From sequence record DRR723986_7317: a stretch of DNA of 46,205 nucleotides. One strand, written 5' to 3'. This document shows, piece by piece, positions 1 to 9,756 of the stretch (within the stretch, counting starts at the first letter, position 1; each line of letters begins with the position of its first letter). Both the position numbers and the translations under genes were made by a program. The notes beneath the pieces are model-generated. The model saw nothing but the letters and a program-made list of their open reading frames with translations, was not told the DNA's origin and made no database searches.

Positions 1-1484
1 AACAAGCCTGTCAGGATCAGGAAAATATCCGAGAAGGAAAGCAGGAACGCTTCGCGGGTGACGATGCCTGACAACGTCTTCAAGGCGGCTGTTTCCGCGT
101 TCTGCCCCAGTTCCGAGAACGCATGTGTCATGTTGGTCAATGTCTCATTGACGACGGGACGCGACCAGTTGACCGTTTCGGAAATACGTTCGTAGTGGAA
201 ATCCTGACGATTGGTCAGCAGCGTGTTGATCACCGCAAGACCGACGGCACCTCCCAGGTTCCGGGTCAGGTTGAACAGGCCAGATGCGTTCTTGATCATC
301 TGTGGCGGCAACATACCAAGGGCGATATTGTTGATCGGTACCATGCACAGCATCAGCGAGCAGCCACGCAGGATCTGCGGAACCAGCAGTTCCCAGAAAT
401 CCCAGTCGTGCGTAATACCGGTCACCATGTAGGTGCCGATCGCAAAGCCCGAGAAGCCGATTGCCATCATCACACGCGGATCGAGCACGGACATCAACCG
501 CCCCGCAATCGGGGCTGTAAGGAACATGGCAAGACCGCTCACGAACATGGTCTCGCCAATCTGCAGCGAGGTGTAGTCGCGAACGCCGCTCAGATAGACC
601 GGATAAAGATATGTCAGGCCGTAGAGCCCCACCCCCATGATGAAGCTGAAAAGACTGCCCATGGCGAAGTTCTTGTCGGCAAACGCTCTCAGATCGACAA
701 TGGGTTCTCGCGCCGTGAAAGCCCGCCAGAAGAAGATCGCAGCTCCCAGCACAGTGATTGCGGAAAAGAAAACGATCTCGCCACTCTGGAACCAGTCTTC
801 GCCCGAGCCTTCTTCAAGAACGAATTCCAGAGAACCGAGGAAGATGGCCATGGCCGCGAAGCCATACCAGTCAAAATGATCGAGCAGAGACAGATCCGGC
901 TCGTCGAAATCGATCAGGGTAACAGCGGCAAGCGTAACGAAGATGCCCGGCACCACGTTGATCAGGAACAACCAGTGCCAGGAGCCGAATTCGGTGAGAT
1001 AACCGCCGAGCGTCGGACCGATGGTCGGTGCCAGCGTTGCCACAAGACCGATCACCGGAGAGATGACGTTGAATTTCTCACGAGGGAAAATCAGATAAGC
1101 CGTCGCGAAAACCGTCGGGATCATGCCGCCACCGAGAAACCCCTGCAAGGCACGGTAGACGATCATTTCCTCAATCGTGGAGGCAGTGGCGCACATCAGG
1201 CTCATCACCGTGAACCCGGCCGCTGACAGCGCGAACATCCAGCGCGTCGACAGCATGCGCGAGAGGTATCCGGACAACGGGATCATGATGACTTCCGCTA
1301 TCAGGTAACTTGTCTGCACCCAGGGAATGTCGTCCTGGGAAGCCCCAAGCCCGGCCTGGATTTCCGACAGGGACGCGGACACGATCTGGATATCCAGAAT
1401 CGCCATGAACATGCCGAACACCATGCAGAGGAAGGTGAACAGCTTGCGTCCGTCGATGGATGCGCTTTGTGCCGTCTCGCTCAT
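1..1484 (-). CDS. emrB: DHA2 (EmrB/QacA) family MFS efflux permease; 3' end runs off the window
   Basis: Missing from the ORF track because it has no stop in the window. Manual translation from ATG 1484 gives MSETAQSASIDGRKLFTFLCMVFGMFMAILDIQIVSASLSEIQAGLGASQDDIPWVQTSYLIAEVIMIP, the typical DHA2 N-terminus. The frame also reads sensibly at the window edge (DIFLILTGL). It lies downstream of an EmrA-like gene. Confidence 0.93.
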   Translation of the reverse strand, partial: MSETAQSASIDGRKLFTFLCMVFGMFMAILDIQIVSASLSEIQAGLGASQDDIPWVQTSYLIAEVIMIPLSGYLSRMLSTRWMFALSAAGFTVMSLMCATASTIEEMIVYRALQGFLGGGMIPTVFATAYLIFPREKFNVISPVIGLVATLAPTIGPTLGGYLTEFGSWHWLFLINVVPGIFVTLAAVTLIDFDEPDLSLLDHFDWYGFAAMAIFLGSLEFVLEEGSGEDWFQSGEIVFFSAITVLGAAIFFWRAFTAREPIVDLRAFADKNFAMGSLFSFIMGVGLYGLTYLYPVYLSGVRDYTSLQIGETMFVSGLAMFLTAPIAGRLMSVLDPRVMMAIGFSGFAIGTYMVTGITHDWDFWELLVPQILRGCSLMLCMVPINNIALGMLPPQMIKNASGLFNLTRNLGGAVGLAVINTLLTNRQDFHYERISETVNWSRPVVNETLTNMTHAFSELGQNAETAALKTLSGIVTREAFLLSFSDIFLILTGL

Positions 1485-1607
1485 GTGACGTAGCCTTGAA
1501 CCGGCGGTCATTCAGCCGAAAGAGACGGAATGGCCTGTGGCCGATCATTCGATACTGTTGGAACATCCGCGCAGCTGACGCTGTCGGCGGTCTGCTCTTC
1601 AAAGGGG

Positions 1608-1632
1608 CGGTATCCGCAAGATGCGGATACCG
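1608..1632. repeat. Perfect 11-bp inverted repeat inside the emrA-emrB spacer
   Basis: CGGTATCCGCA-AGA-TGCGGATACCG, with no U-tract on either side. Confidence 0.7.
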
Positions 1633-1700
1633 GGCTTGTGCGGTTGGAGGCCGCGGGGAGGACTTGAATAGATACGGACCCTTGACCCGCACCTGAAGGT

Positions 1701-2996
1701 CTAGTGGAGCGCCGACAGGGCGACGTTTTCTTTCTGGCCACCGGTCCTGGTGTCGACTTCGACAACCACCGACATGCCAGCTCGCAGATGTCCGCTTGTT
1801 ATTTCTTCTTCCGGAACCTTGATCTTCACCGGCACGCGCTGAACCACCTTGGTGAAGTTGCCTGTCGCATTTTCGGCCGGCAGAAGGCTGAAGACGGAAC
1901 CGGTCGCAGGCGCAATGCTTTCCACGGTTCCCTTGATCGGCTGGTCCGGATAAGCGTCGACGGAGATTTCAACCTCTGCCCCGGGCTTAATTCCCTCGAG
2001 CTGAGTTTCCTTGAAATTCGCATCGATGTGAGTGTCGGCCAGCGGCACGATCGCGGCAATTCGGCTTCCCGGCTGCAGCAGGGAGCCGACCTGGGCTGCC
2101 CTGTTGCCGACGATGCCATCTACCGGTGCCCGAATGATTGTAAAGGCGAGGTCGCGTTCGGCTTTCTCAAGAGCTGTCTTGGCAGCAACCACCGCCTGTT
2201 CGGCTTCTTTCTTCTGGCCGTTGAGCACATCGATATTGGCTTTGGCCAGCGTCACTGCCGCCTGCGCATTCTCCAGATCCGCCTGCGCGCCTTTCAGTGA
2301 GGCATCCGCAGTATCAAGCGTTGCCTGGCTGGCAAACTTGTTGTCCGCCAGTCTTTTCTGACGATCGAAGTTCGCGGAAGCTTCGTCCTTTTGCGCCTTG
2401 GCGGAAGCAACAGACGCTTCAGCCTGCAGCACGGAGGCCTTGGCAGCCGTAATCTGGGTCGCGATACGATCGACCGTTGCGCGGGCACTGTCGATGGAAT
2501 CCTTTGCGGACTGGACGGCAAGCTTGTAGTCGCCATCGTCGATCTTCAGCAGCACGTCACCGGCTTTCACGCGTTGATTGTCGCCGACAGCGACAGACGC
2601 AACATAACCGGACACCTTGGAAAGGATGACGGTGATATCCGCGGTCACATAGGCGTCGTCCGTGCTGGCAATGAATCTGCCTTCGGTCCACCAATGGTAC
2701 GCCTCATAACCGCCAAAGCCGAGACCGGCGAGCAGAACCAGCGTGAAGACCCGCTTGGCCTTGCCCTTCTTTTTCGGTGGAGGCGCTTCTGTGGTGGTCG
2801 TTGCGGTTGTTACCTGTGCCTGAGACGAAACTGCCACCTGCCCGCCTTTGTTATCGCTTGTGTCTTTCGCGGAAGATGGTGTTGCCTGTCCGCTATTCGA
2901 GGCTACTGAAGTCTCGTTGTCTTGATCCTGGCGGCTCGCAGCCTGCGGCCCACCACCGATCGCGCCGCTTTCGTTGCGGCCTTCTCTGAGTGCCAC
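1701..2996 (-). CDS. emrA: HlyD/EmrA family membrane fusion protein
   Basis: Single TM followed by STDDAYV, IRAPVDG and SLLPAENATGNFTKVVQRVPV motifs. Start placed at GTG 2996, which has AAAGGA 7 nt upstream; the track start (3062) would run through the operator palindrome. Confidence 0.92.
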   Translation of the reverse strand: MALREGRNESGAIGGGPQAASRQDQDNETSVASNSGQATPSSAKDTSDNKGGQVAVSSQAQVTTATTTTEAPPPKKKGKAKRVFTLVLLAGLGFGGYEAYHWWTEGRFIASTDDAYVTADITVILSKVSGYVASVAVGDNQRVKAGDVLLKIDDGDYKLAVQSAKDSIDSARATVDRIATQITAAKASVLQAEASVASAKAQKDEASANFDRQKRLADNKFASQATLDTADASLKGAQADLENAQAAVTLAKANIDVLNGQKKEAEQAVVAAKTALEKAERDLAFTIIRAPVDGIVGNRAAQVGSLLQPGSRIAAIVPLADTHIDANFKETQLEGIKPGAEVEISVDAYPDQPIKGTVESIAPATGSVFSLLPAENATGNFTKVVQRVPVKIKVPEEEITSGHLRAGMSVVVEVDTRTGGQKENVALSALH

Positions 2997-3033
2997 GATG
3001 GTATCCTTTGCCCAAAATTCTTGACCGCCCAGG

Positions 3034-3058
3034 CATTGACTGAACGGTTCGGTCAATG
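3034..3058. promoter_or_regulatory. Putative TetR (EmrR-like) operator
   Basis: CATTGACTGAAC-G-GTTCGGTCAATG, 12-bp arms with one mismatch, between emrA and the divergent TetR gene. A core-like copy TGAATGGTTCG lies at 3280-3290. Confidence 0.75.
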
Positions 3059-3383
3059 GCATTTATATGTTCATCTCCTTGGCGAACGCAAGGGTTCCGG
3101 CGAATTTTTTGCAACGCACAAGAGCCCCCTGTTCAACAACCTGGTTGATCGAGACGGCAACAAGACACTTTGGGAGGGGGACGCGAGACGCATCACCTGT
3201 CCGGAAGTCGGATCCTGTCGAAGATATTTTTTAGGGGGCGTTTTGACTTGCAGACACAGCTGGTCTGACCAGGAAAGATTGAATGGTTCGTCCTGTTGGC
3301 CGATAGTGTTGAGATTGACCAACCACCTGCCGAACAGTTGACCTTTGCATTTATGGGAATGCTTTTTGAGAAAAACCGTGTGT

Positions 3384-3412
3384 TTGACAGAATACTAGCG
3401 GTAAACTACTGA
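3384..3412 (+). promoter_or_regulatory. Putative sigma70 promoter of the tetR gene
   Basis: TTGACA-17 nt-TACTGA, ending 25 nt before ATG 3438. Confidence 0.5.
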
Positions 3413-3437
3413 AAGACGGCAGAAATTCGAGATTGCA

Positions 3438-4085
3438 ATGACAACCGAAACACAGGAACTACCGGCGACAGCCGAAGATCCGGCTCAGAAGACCGACAAC
3501 GCCAAGTGCAGGCAGATTCTTGCCGGAGCACGAAAAGTCTTCCGGGCAAAGGGATTCGATGGCGCCAGTATGGAGGTTATCGCCAAGGAAGCCGGCGTTT
3601 CCAAAGGCACGCTCTACGTCTACTTCAGCAGCAAGGAAGCGCTGTTCGAGGCGCTGATTCTGCAAGAACGTTTCAGCCAGGCGGAAATCCTGCGGGAAGC
3701 CCTCGTCAGCAGGGCTGACGTGAAAAGCGATCTGCACCGTATCGGCCGCAGTTATCTGCAGAAAATGGCGAATCCGGAAAAATTGTCGACCCTCCGCATG
3801 GTAGTCGGCGCTGCGGAAAAATTCCCTCAGTTCGGCGTCCTGCTCTACGAAGCCGGTCCATGCCAGGGCCGACGCGACCTTGGTGCCTTCATCCAGGAGC
3901 GGATCGACCGCGGCGAGTTGAAGGACTGCGATGTCGAACTGGCGGCAGGCCAGTTTTTCGACTTGTGTGTGGCGGGCGTTCTAAGGCGCATGCTACTCAA
4001 TGCTGGCCCAAAGCCGAGCGAAGAAGAAATCGAAACCAATGTTGCAGCAGCGGTGAAGGTGTTTCTGGCGGCCTACGCAGCGTGA
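3438..4085 (+). CDS. TetR/AcrR family regulator (EmrR-like), divergent from emrAB
   Basis: HTH ILAGARKVFRAKGFDGASMEVIAKEAGVSKGTLYVYFSSKEALF; C-terminus AVKVFLAAY. Confidence 0.93.
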   Translation: MTTETQELPATAEDPAQKTDNAKCRQILAGARKVFRAKGFDGASMEVIAKEAGVSKGTLYVYFSSKEALFEALILQERFSQAEILREALVSRADVKSDLHRIGRSYLQKMANPEKLSTLRMVVGAAEKFPQFGVLLYEAGPCQGRRDLGAFIQERIDRGELKDCDVELAAGQFFDLCVAGVLRRMLLNAGPKPSEEEIETNVAAAVKVFLAAYAA

Positions 4086-4215
4086 CAGGCCGCGCTGCCT
4101 CCCCCCCCCCTCAAAGTTCACATGAATTCGATTTCCGACCTGACCGGGGCGGACAGACGGGCGTAACTTCCTATATTAAGCGGTAAAGCAATTGCCACCG
4201 CACACTGTAGGTTCC

Positions 4216-5697
4216 ATGACCGCCCGACCGCCCATTTTCCAGTTCGACAATTCCTACGCACGGGACCTGCCCGGCTTTTATGTGGCCTGGGAAGGCGCGA
4301 AGGTGCCAACGCCGCAGCTTGTGGTGTTCAATCGTGAACTTGCAAAAGAACTCGGCCTTGATTCCAACCTTCTGGAAACATCCGAAGGCGCAGAGATCTT
4401 TGCCGGGGTCCGTCAGCCGGACGGCGCATCGCCTCTTGCCCAGGTGTATGCCGGCCACCAGTTTGGCGGCTTCTCGCCACAGCTGGGGGATGGCCGCGCG
4501 CTTCTTCTCGGAGAGATCATCGACAGCACCGGCAATCGGAAGGACATTCAGCTGAAAGGGTCGGGACCGACCCCCTTCTCCCGTGGTGGAGATGGCAAGG
4601 CTGTCGTGGGACCGGTCCTGCGCGAATATATCCTCGGCGAAGCCATGCATGCACTCGGCATCCCGACGACAAGAGCACTGGCAGCCGTAACCACCGGAGA
4701 AACCATCTACCGGGATGGTCCGAAACCGGGCGCAGTGTTGACTCGTGTCGCCGCAAGCCATTTGCGGGTCGGTACCTTCCAGTATTTTGCAGCACGCGGT
4801 GAAACGGACAAAGTCCGCCAGCTCGCCGACTACGCCATTGACCGCCATGATCCGGATCTTGCCGGACAGCCGGACCGCTATATCCGGCTGTTTCGGGGAG
4901 TAGTTGAGCGCCAGGCAGCGCTGGTCGCCAATTGGGTGCTTGTCGGGTTCGTTCACGGTGTCATGAACACCGACAACACGACGATTTCCGGCGAAACAAT
5001 CGACTATGGCCCCTGTGCCTTCATTGACGCCTATGATCCGGCAGCCGTGTTCAGCTCCATCGACCATGGTGGACGATACGCGTTCGGCCGCCAACCCGTC
5101 ATCATGCAATGGAACCTTGCCCGGCTTGCCGAAACCCTGTTGCCCCTGATCCAGCCCGATGATCTGGACAAGGCAGTCGAACTGGCAAGCGCCGAACTTG
5201 GCCGCTTTCCTGATATCTACCGCGCAGCCTGGCTGAACGGGATGCGTGCAAAGCTGGGTCTAGTTGAAGAAACCGCGGAAGATCAGGACCTGTTCGAAAC
5301 GATGCTTTCGGTCCTGCAGGAACAATCGGTCGACTACACGCTCGTCTTCCGGCACCTGAGCGAGGCTGCTGTCGGCGAGCCGCAAAAGCTGCGCGAGCTT
5401 TTTGTCGATCCGACACAGATAGACGGCTGGCTGAAGCGCTGGATGCAACGTCTCGAAAGTGAAGGTAGAGCGCCTGCAGATACCAGGACGGCGATGAACC
5501 TTGTCAATCCGCTCTACATTCCACGGAACCACAAGGTGGAAGAGGCACTCCAGAGCGCGGAAACTGGAGAGTATTTTATGCTCAATGAGTTATTGGATGT
5601 TCTAAAAGCTCCGTATGAAGAACGAACCGGCTTTGAGAGCTATGCCCTTCCTGCCCCGGAGGCGTTTGGTCCCTATCAAACATTCTGTGGAACCTAA
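4216..5697 (+). CDS. selO: Protein adenylyltransferase SelO (YdiU/UPF0061)
   Basis: YAGHQFGGFSPQLGDGRA, QLKGSGPTPFSRGGDG, GFVHGVMNTDN, IDYGP, NPLYIPRNH and C-terminal TFCGT (Cys form). ATG 4216 chosen as start. Confidence 0.95.
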   Translation: MTARPPIFQFDNSYARDLPGFYVAWEGAKVPTPQLVVFNRELAKELGLDSNLLETSEGAEIFAGVRQPDGASPLAQVYAGHQFGGFSPQLGDGRALLLGEIIDSTGNRKDIQLKGSGPTPFSRGGDGKAVVGPVLREYILGEAMHALGIPTTRALAAVTTGETIYRDGPKPGAVLTRVAASHLRVGTFQYFAARGETDKVRQLADYAIDRHDPDLAGQPDRYIRLFRGVVERQAALVANWVLVGFVHGVMNTDNTTISGETIDYGPCAFIDAYDPAAVFSSIDHGGRYAFGRQPVIMQWNLARLAETLLPLIQPDDLDKAVELASAELGRFPDIYRAAWLNGMRAKLGLVEETAEDQDLFETMLSVLQEQSVDYTLVFRHLSEAAVGEPQKLRELFVDPTQIDGWLKRWMQRLESEGRAPADTRTAMNLVNPLYIPRNHKVEEALQSAETGEYFMLNELLDVLKAPYEERTGFESYALPAPEAFGPYQTFCGT

Positions 5698-5853
5698 GGT
5701 TTAACCGCGCTCCCCTCACAGTCGGTTCGATTGCGCCAGGAGCCACCTCGCTCATGAACGCCGCCGCCACAACCCTTGCAGTAATCGGATTGCCATCTGC
5801 AGCCGGAACCCTATTCTTACGTAAGGTAAAAAGAATTCCCCGGGGGTGCTGAA

Positions 5854-7917
5854 ATGAAAATTATCCCACTTCTGCTGACGAGCACCTTGCTGCTTTCCGG
5901 ATCTGCCTTCGCTGAGGAAAACGGCCTTCCCCCACTCACCCCGGACGACCTGCAGTTCTCGCCCGAGAATATGGATACCTCCGTGGATCCGGCCGACGAT
6001 TTTTATCGCTATGCCTCAGGCAAGTGGCTCGACCGGGTGAACCGGCCAGCGGACAAGGCGCGTTGGGATGTTTTTTCGATCATCGGCGAAAGACTGATCA
6101 AGCAGCTTGCGGCTGTTTCCGAAAAGGCAAGCCAAAGCTCCGCGGAAGCGCCCAAGGGTAGCCCGACGCAGCTCGTTGGTGACTTTTACAAGGCCTATAT
6201 GAATGTCGAGGCGATGGATGCTGCAGGCATCGAACCGATCCAAAGCGACCTGCACGCCATCGAAGCCTTGGAAACCCTGAACGACCTTACCCGGTTCGCG
6301 GCTGACCAGGCCGCAATGTCCGGACCTGCCCTGTTTGCGATTTTCGCGCCGAGTGCAGATCCAGCCGACAGCAAGCGCTACGCCATTTTTTCAGCGGGCC
6401 CCGGCTTCGGTGTGGAAGACCACCATCTCGAACTCTTGCGCAACAAGGAAGGCGATCCGCGTATTCCCGCCTACCATGCCTATGTGGCGGAGGTCATGAA
6501 GGTCGCCGGTTATCCGGAGGACGATGCCGCTCGCATCGCCGACATCACGCTTCGAATAGAAACAGCGCTTTATGCCGGGATACTGACACCCGAAGAAGGC
6601 AACGATCCACGAAACCGCTATAGCAAACTTGGTTATGAGGAGGTCCAGGCCCTGGTGCCGGAATTCGACCTCGATCTCTATCTTGAAACAGTCGGCTTCG
6701 AGAAACCCGACGCAGTCTACATGTTTGAACCAAGGGCTTTGCCTGAGCTCTCAAAAGTGCTGAAGGAAACACCGCTTGAAGATCTGAAAGCCTATGCGGC
6801 TTATCGGGTTATTGAAAACTACAAGGAATTCCTGACATCCGCCTTCGAAGAACCCGCCAAGGAGTTCAATCTTGTTCTGACCGGTGCACGAACGGACCGT
6901 CCTCGCCAGGAACACATGTACGACCTGCTGAAAGAGAACCTCGGCCATCCCGCCAGCCAGCTCTTCGTGGAAACTTACTATTCCGACGAGACCAAGGCCG
7001 AAGTCATCAAGATGGTCGAGCGCATTCACGGGAAGTTTCGCGAGCGCGTCGAAACGCGGGATTGGTTGTCGGAAGATACTCGCGCCGAAGCCCTGAAGAA
7101 GGTCGACACCTTCTACTACAAGGTCGGCTATCCCGATGAATGGGTCGATTATTCCAAACTCGAGATCGGGGCCGATCCCGTTGCAAACATGCGCAATCTT
7201 GGAGCCTTTTCCATGAACCGCATACTGGAGAAAATTAAGAAACCCGTCGTGCACGAGGAATTCAACACGCAGTCAACGCTGCCGATCGTCATCAATGCCG
7301 CCTACACGCCTTCCATCAACGGCTTCGAAGTCAATGCGGCCATCACCCAGCCGCCAGCCTATAGCCACGACATGGACGCTCCCTTGCGCTTCTGCCGGAT
7401 CGGCGCGGTCATCGGCCACGAAATGACTCACGGTTTCGACAGCGGTGGCCGCCGATACGATGCGGAAGGCAACTTCCGTGACTGGTGGACGGAAGCCGAT
7501 GCAAAGGCCTTCGACAGGGAAGCCCAGAAACTGATCGACCAGGCCAACGCCTTCGAAGTGCTGCCTGGCCTTAACGCCAACGGCCCCTTGAATGTCCGAG
7601 AGAACATGGCCGATGTCGGCGGCATCACGCTCGCCTATGAAAGCCTGATGGATTATCTGGCCGAGCACCCTGAGGAAAATGTCGAGATAGATGGCCTGTC
7701 GCCGGCCAAGCGCTGTTTCATCGGTTGGGCCCAGTTCTGGACGGCCAAGGCCTCCGACCCGTTCCTGCGCATGCTTGTCGCCGGTGACGGGCATCCTCCT
7801 AGCCCTTATCGAGCTTTTGCGGCCCTACAACATGTCGATGCGTTCTACGAGACTTTCGGCATCGAGGAGGGCGACCCGATGTGGTTGCCACCGGAGAAAC
7901 GGGTAAGAGCCTGGTAA
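5854..7917 (+). CDS. Secreted M13 family (neprilysin/PepO-like) zinc metallopeptidase
   Basis: Signal peptide ending SAFA; DPADDFYRYASGKW, INAAY, zinc motif GHEMTHGFD, ENMADVGG and C-terminal KRVRAW. Confidence 0.93.
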   Translation: MKIIPLLLTSTLLLSGSAFAEENGLPPLTPDDLQFSPENMDTSVDPADDFYRYASGKWLDRVNRPADKARWDVFSIIGERLIKQLAAVSEKASQSSAEAPKGSPTQLVGDFYKAYMNVEAMDAAGIEPIQSDLHAIEALETLNDLTRFAADQAAMSGPALFAIFAPSADPADSKRYAIFSAGPGFGVEDHHLELLRNKEGDPRIPAYHAYVAEVMKVAGYPEDDAARIADITLRIETALYAGILTPEEGNDPRNRYSKLGYEEVQALVPEFDLDLYLETVGFEKPDAVYMFEPRALPELSKVLKETPLEDLKAYAAYRVIENYKEFLTSAFEEPAKEFNLVLTGARTDRPRQEHMYDLLKENLGHPASQLFVETYYSDETKAEVIKMVERIHGKFRERVETRDWLSEDTRAEALKKVDTFYYKVGYPDEWVDYSKLEIGADPVANMRNLGAFSMNRILEKIKKPVVHEEFNTQSTLPIVINAAYTPSINGFEVNAAITQPPAYSHDMDAPLRFCRIGAVIGHEMTHGFDSGGRRYDAEGNFRDWWTEADAKAFDREAQKLIDQANAFEVLPGLNANGPLNVRENMADVGGITLAYESLMDYLAEHPEENVEIDGLSPAKRCFIGWAQFWTAKASDPFLRMLVAGDGHPPSPYRAFAALQHVDAFYETFGIEEGDPMWLPPEKRVRAW

Positions 7918-7959
7918 ACTTCAGCAGGATAATCTCCAGCCTGGTAGTCAGGGACCTCC

Positions 7960-8547
7960 CTACCCTGCCAGGCGCTCGACCAGAAAGTTCATTTCCTGCT
8001 CCAGCTTTTCTCCCGACAGGCCGACGAACCGTGCTTCCAGGCTGATCGTGACGAGACCGTGTACCGCCGCAAAAGCGGTACGTGTCCGGGCTGCGAGATC
8101 TTCTTCCATCATGCTTGGATCGAGTTCGCGCAACGGTGCTGCGATGAAACCGAGAAGCGCGATATTTTCCTGAATATGCCACTCAGGCACCGCCTTGCCT
8201 TCAGGCAAGTGATGGCTGAACAATGTCATCCAGAGGTTTCGATTGTCGCGCGCAAACGCCAGATAAGCCAGCGCCAGCACCTTGAGCCGTGCCAAGGGCT
8301 CATCCACGGTTTCGACTTTCGATGCCATCAGATCCTTGATGCGGCCGAGCGTTACCGAGTTGACCGCAAGCAACAACGCATCCTGGTCCGCGAAATGCTT
8401 GTAGACCGACCCTACCGAGTAACCGGCATCAGCCGCGATCTTTCTGATGTTGACCGCTTCCATGCCCCCTGCTTCCACGGCGGCAATCGCCGCTTCCAGA
8501 ACGCGACGATGGGTTTCTTCGCTTTTTGCTTTTTGAACTCCGGCCAT
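7960..8547 (-). CDS. TetR family regulator (WHG-type C-terminus), divergent from the pspA operon
   Basis: HTH VNIRKIAADAGYSVGSVYKHF; LALAYLAFA and FAAVHGLVTI. Confidence 0.92.
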   Translation of the reverse strand: MAGVQKAKSEETHRRVLEAAIAAVEAGGMEAVNIRKIAADAGYSVGSVYKHFADQDALLLAVNSVTLGRIKDLMASKVETVDEPLARLKVLALAYLAFARDNRNLWMTLFSHHLPEGKAVPEWHIQENIALLGFIAAPLRELDPSMMEEDLAARTRTAFAAVHGLVTISLEARFVGLSGEKLEQEMNFLVERLAG

Positions 8548-8564
8548 TAACCGTATCGCACCTC

Positions 8565-8642
8565 AAAAGTGAACTTTGTTCATTTTTCATCTTGACCTAA
8601 TCAAAATGATGTGGCTTTGTCAAATAGTGAACAACGTTCACT
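8565..8642. promoter_or_regulatory. Two GTGAAC-N3-GTTCA(C/T) operators with divergent -35 boxes
   Basis: AAAAGTGAAC-TTT-GTTCATTTTT (8565-8587) and AGTGAAC-AAC-GTTCACT (8626-8642). TTGACC at 8592 on + and TTGACA on - (tgtcaa 8618-8623) lie between them. Confidence 0.75.
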
Positions 8643-8658
8643 TTTTGAGAGAGGCACG

Positions 8659-9357
8659 ATGTTTGAGCCATTCATGAACCAACTGAGGGCGCTGTTTCTA
8701 ACCAGCGCCGAGGAAAGCCGGGACAATCAGTCTCTTGCTCTCCTCTCCATCAACACGCGTACAGCCGCCGCTTCCGTCCGAGCTGCCCAAGTTGCTCTGG
8801 CCCGCGCCAAGGCAGAACAGCAGCAGGACCGCAAGAGGCTGTGGCAAATCAATGCATCCCTCGAAGATCTGGAGAACAGGGCTCGCAACGCCCTCCTCAA
8901 AGGTCTTGAACCCCTGGCGAGAGAGGCTGCGGAAGCTATCGCACTTCTGGAAGACGAAAAGTCGGCGCTCGAAGAGGCAATCCGATCATTCGACGGCGAT
9001 CTTTCAAGCCTAACGGAAACCTTGCACCGCGCCCAGAGCCGTCTGCGCGCCCTCAAGCGCGGTGAACGCACCGTTGAAGTTCGCGACCAGATCCAGAAAG
9101 CACAGTCCTTTGGCTCCAGCACCGGCCAGTCGGCGCTCGCCATTGCAGAAGGACAGCTGGAGGACATCCGCCGACGCCAGGAACGCGACCAATTGGCCGA
9201 ACAGGAATTCAAGACCTTGTCGGCAGCGGATAACCCGAGTGCGGTTATCGAAAAACTGGGCGATGCCGGTTGCGGCGCGCCTGTGAAAACCAGAGCGGAC
9301 GATGTGCTCGCCCGCCTGAAATCCGACATTCCCCTTCTTCTGGAAAAAAGCAGCTAA
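8659..9357 (+). CDS. PspA/IM30 (ESCRT-III-like) family protein
   Basis: Long coiled coil with LENRARNALLKGLEPLAREAAEAIALLE and terminal ADDVLARLK. GAGAGG RBS precedes ATG 8659. Confidence 0.85.
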   Translation: MFEPFMNQLRALFLTSAEESRDNQSLALLSINTRTAAASVRAAQVALARAKAEQQQDRKRLWQINASLEDLENRARNALLKGLEPLAREAAEAIALLEDEKSALEEAIRSFDGDLSSLTETLHRAQSRLRALKRGERTVEVRDQIQKAQSFGSSTGQSALAIAEGQLEDIRRRQERDQLAEQEFKTLSAADNPSAVIEKLGDAGCGAPVKTRADDVLARLKSDIPLLLEKSS

Positions 9358-9372
9358 CACGAGGACAAGACC

Positions 9373-9654
9373 ATGCAGGAACCCACAGTCAAACATTCCA
9401 ACAACTGGACCATTTTTACCGCCGGCAGTTTCGCTGTTGCCGCTATCATGATGGCCCTGGGCATCTGGAACCTTGAAGCAAGCTTCTCCGCGAAAGGCTT
9501 CTACGCAATGGCCGCAATCATGCTGGTCCATACAGCGGTCACCCTGACCAAGACCATGCGTGATCGCGAGGAAGCCAACAAGTTCCATAACCGCCTGGAA
9601 GACGCAAAGACGGAAAAACTGCTGATGGACATAAGCAAGCCGGAACAAGTCTGA
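9373..9654 (+). CDS. YiaA/YiaB two-helix inner membrane protein
   Basis: Two TM helices with GIWNL..SFSAKGFY and TLTKTMRDREE; GAGGA RBS. Confidence 0.82.
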   Translation: MQEPTVKHSNNWTIFTAGSFAVAAIMMALGIWNLEASFSAKGFYAMAAIMLVHTAVTLTKTMRDREEANKFHNRLEDAKTEKLLMDISKPEQV

Positions 9655-9664
9655 TCCAGAAATT

Positions 9665-9700
9665 AAACTGGGCGGAGTTTCTAGCCCTCCGCCCGGGTTT
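9665..9700 (+). terminator. Intra-operon stem-loop between yiaAB and aas
   Basis: GGGCGGAG-N9-CTCCGCCC (9670-9694) followed by GGGTTT; the U-tract is weak. Confidence 0.55.
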
Positions 9701-9756
9701 CAAAGATTGAAGGTTATGAAGCAGACTGACAGATAGCTGCTTCGAAGGAGGACCTC

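Noticed and set aside
123-1226. 367-aa + strand ORF, and similar long shadow ORFs such as 4171..5109, 17641..18855, 22568..23464 and 23888..24733
   Set aside because: They are antisense to well-supported genes (emrB, selO, SBP, clpA), carry no recognisable motifs, and are expected in GC-rich coding DNA.
3063-3080. AAGGAG-ATG-AAC-ATA-TAA mini-ORF upstream of emrA
   Set aside because: There is no spacing between the SD and the ATG, and it lies upstream of the operator, probably outside the transcript.
5680-5697. Possible selenocysteine recoding at the selO C-terminus
   Set aside because: The codon is TGT (Cys) and the stop is TAA; there is no in-frame TGA.
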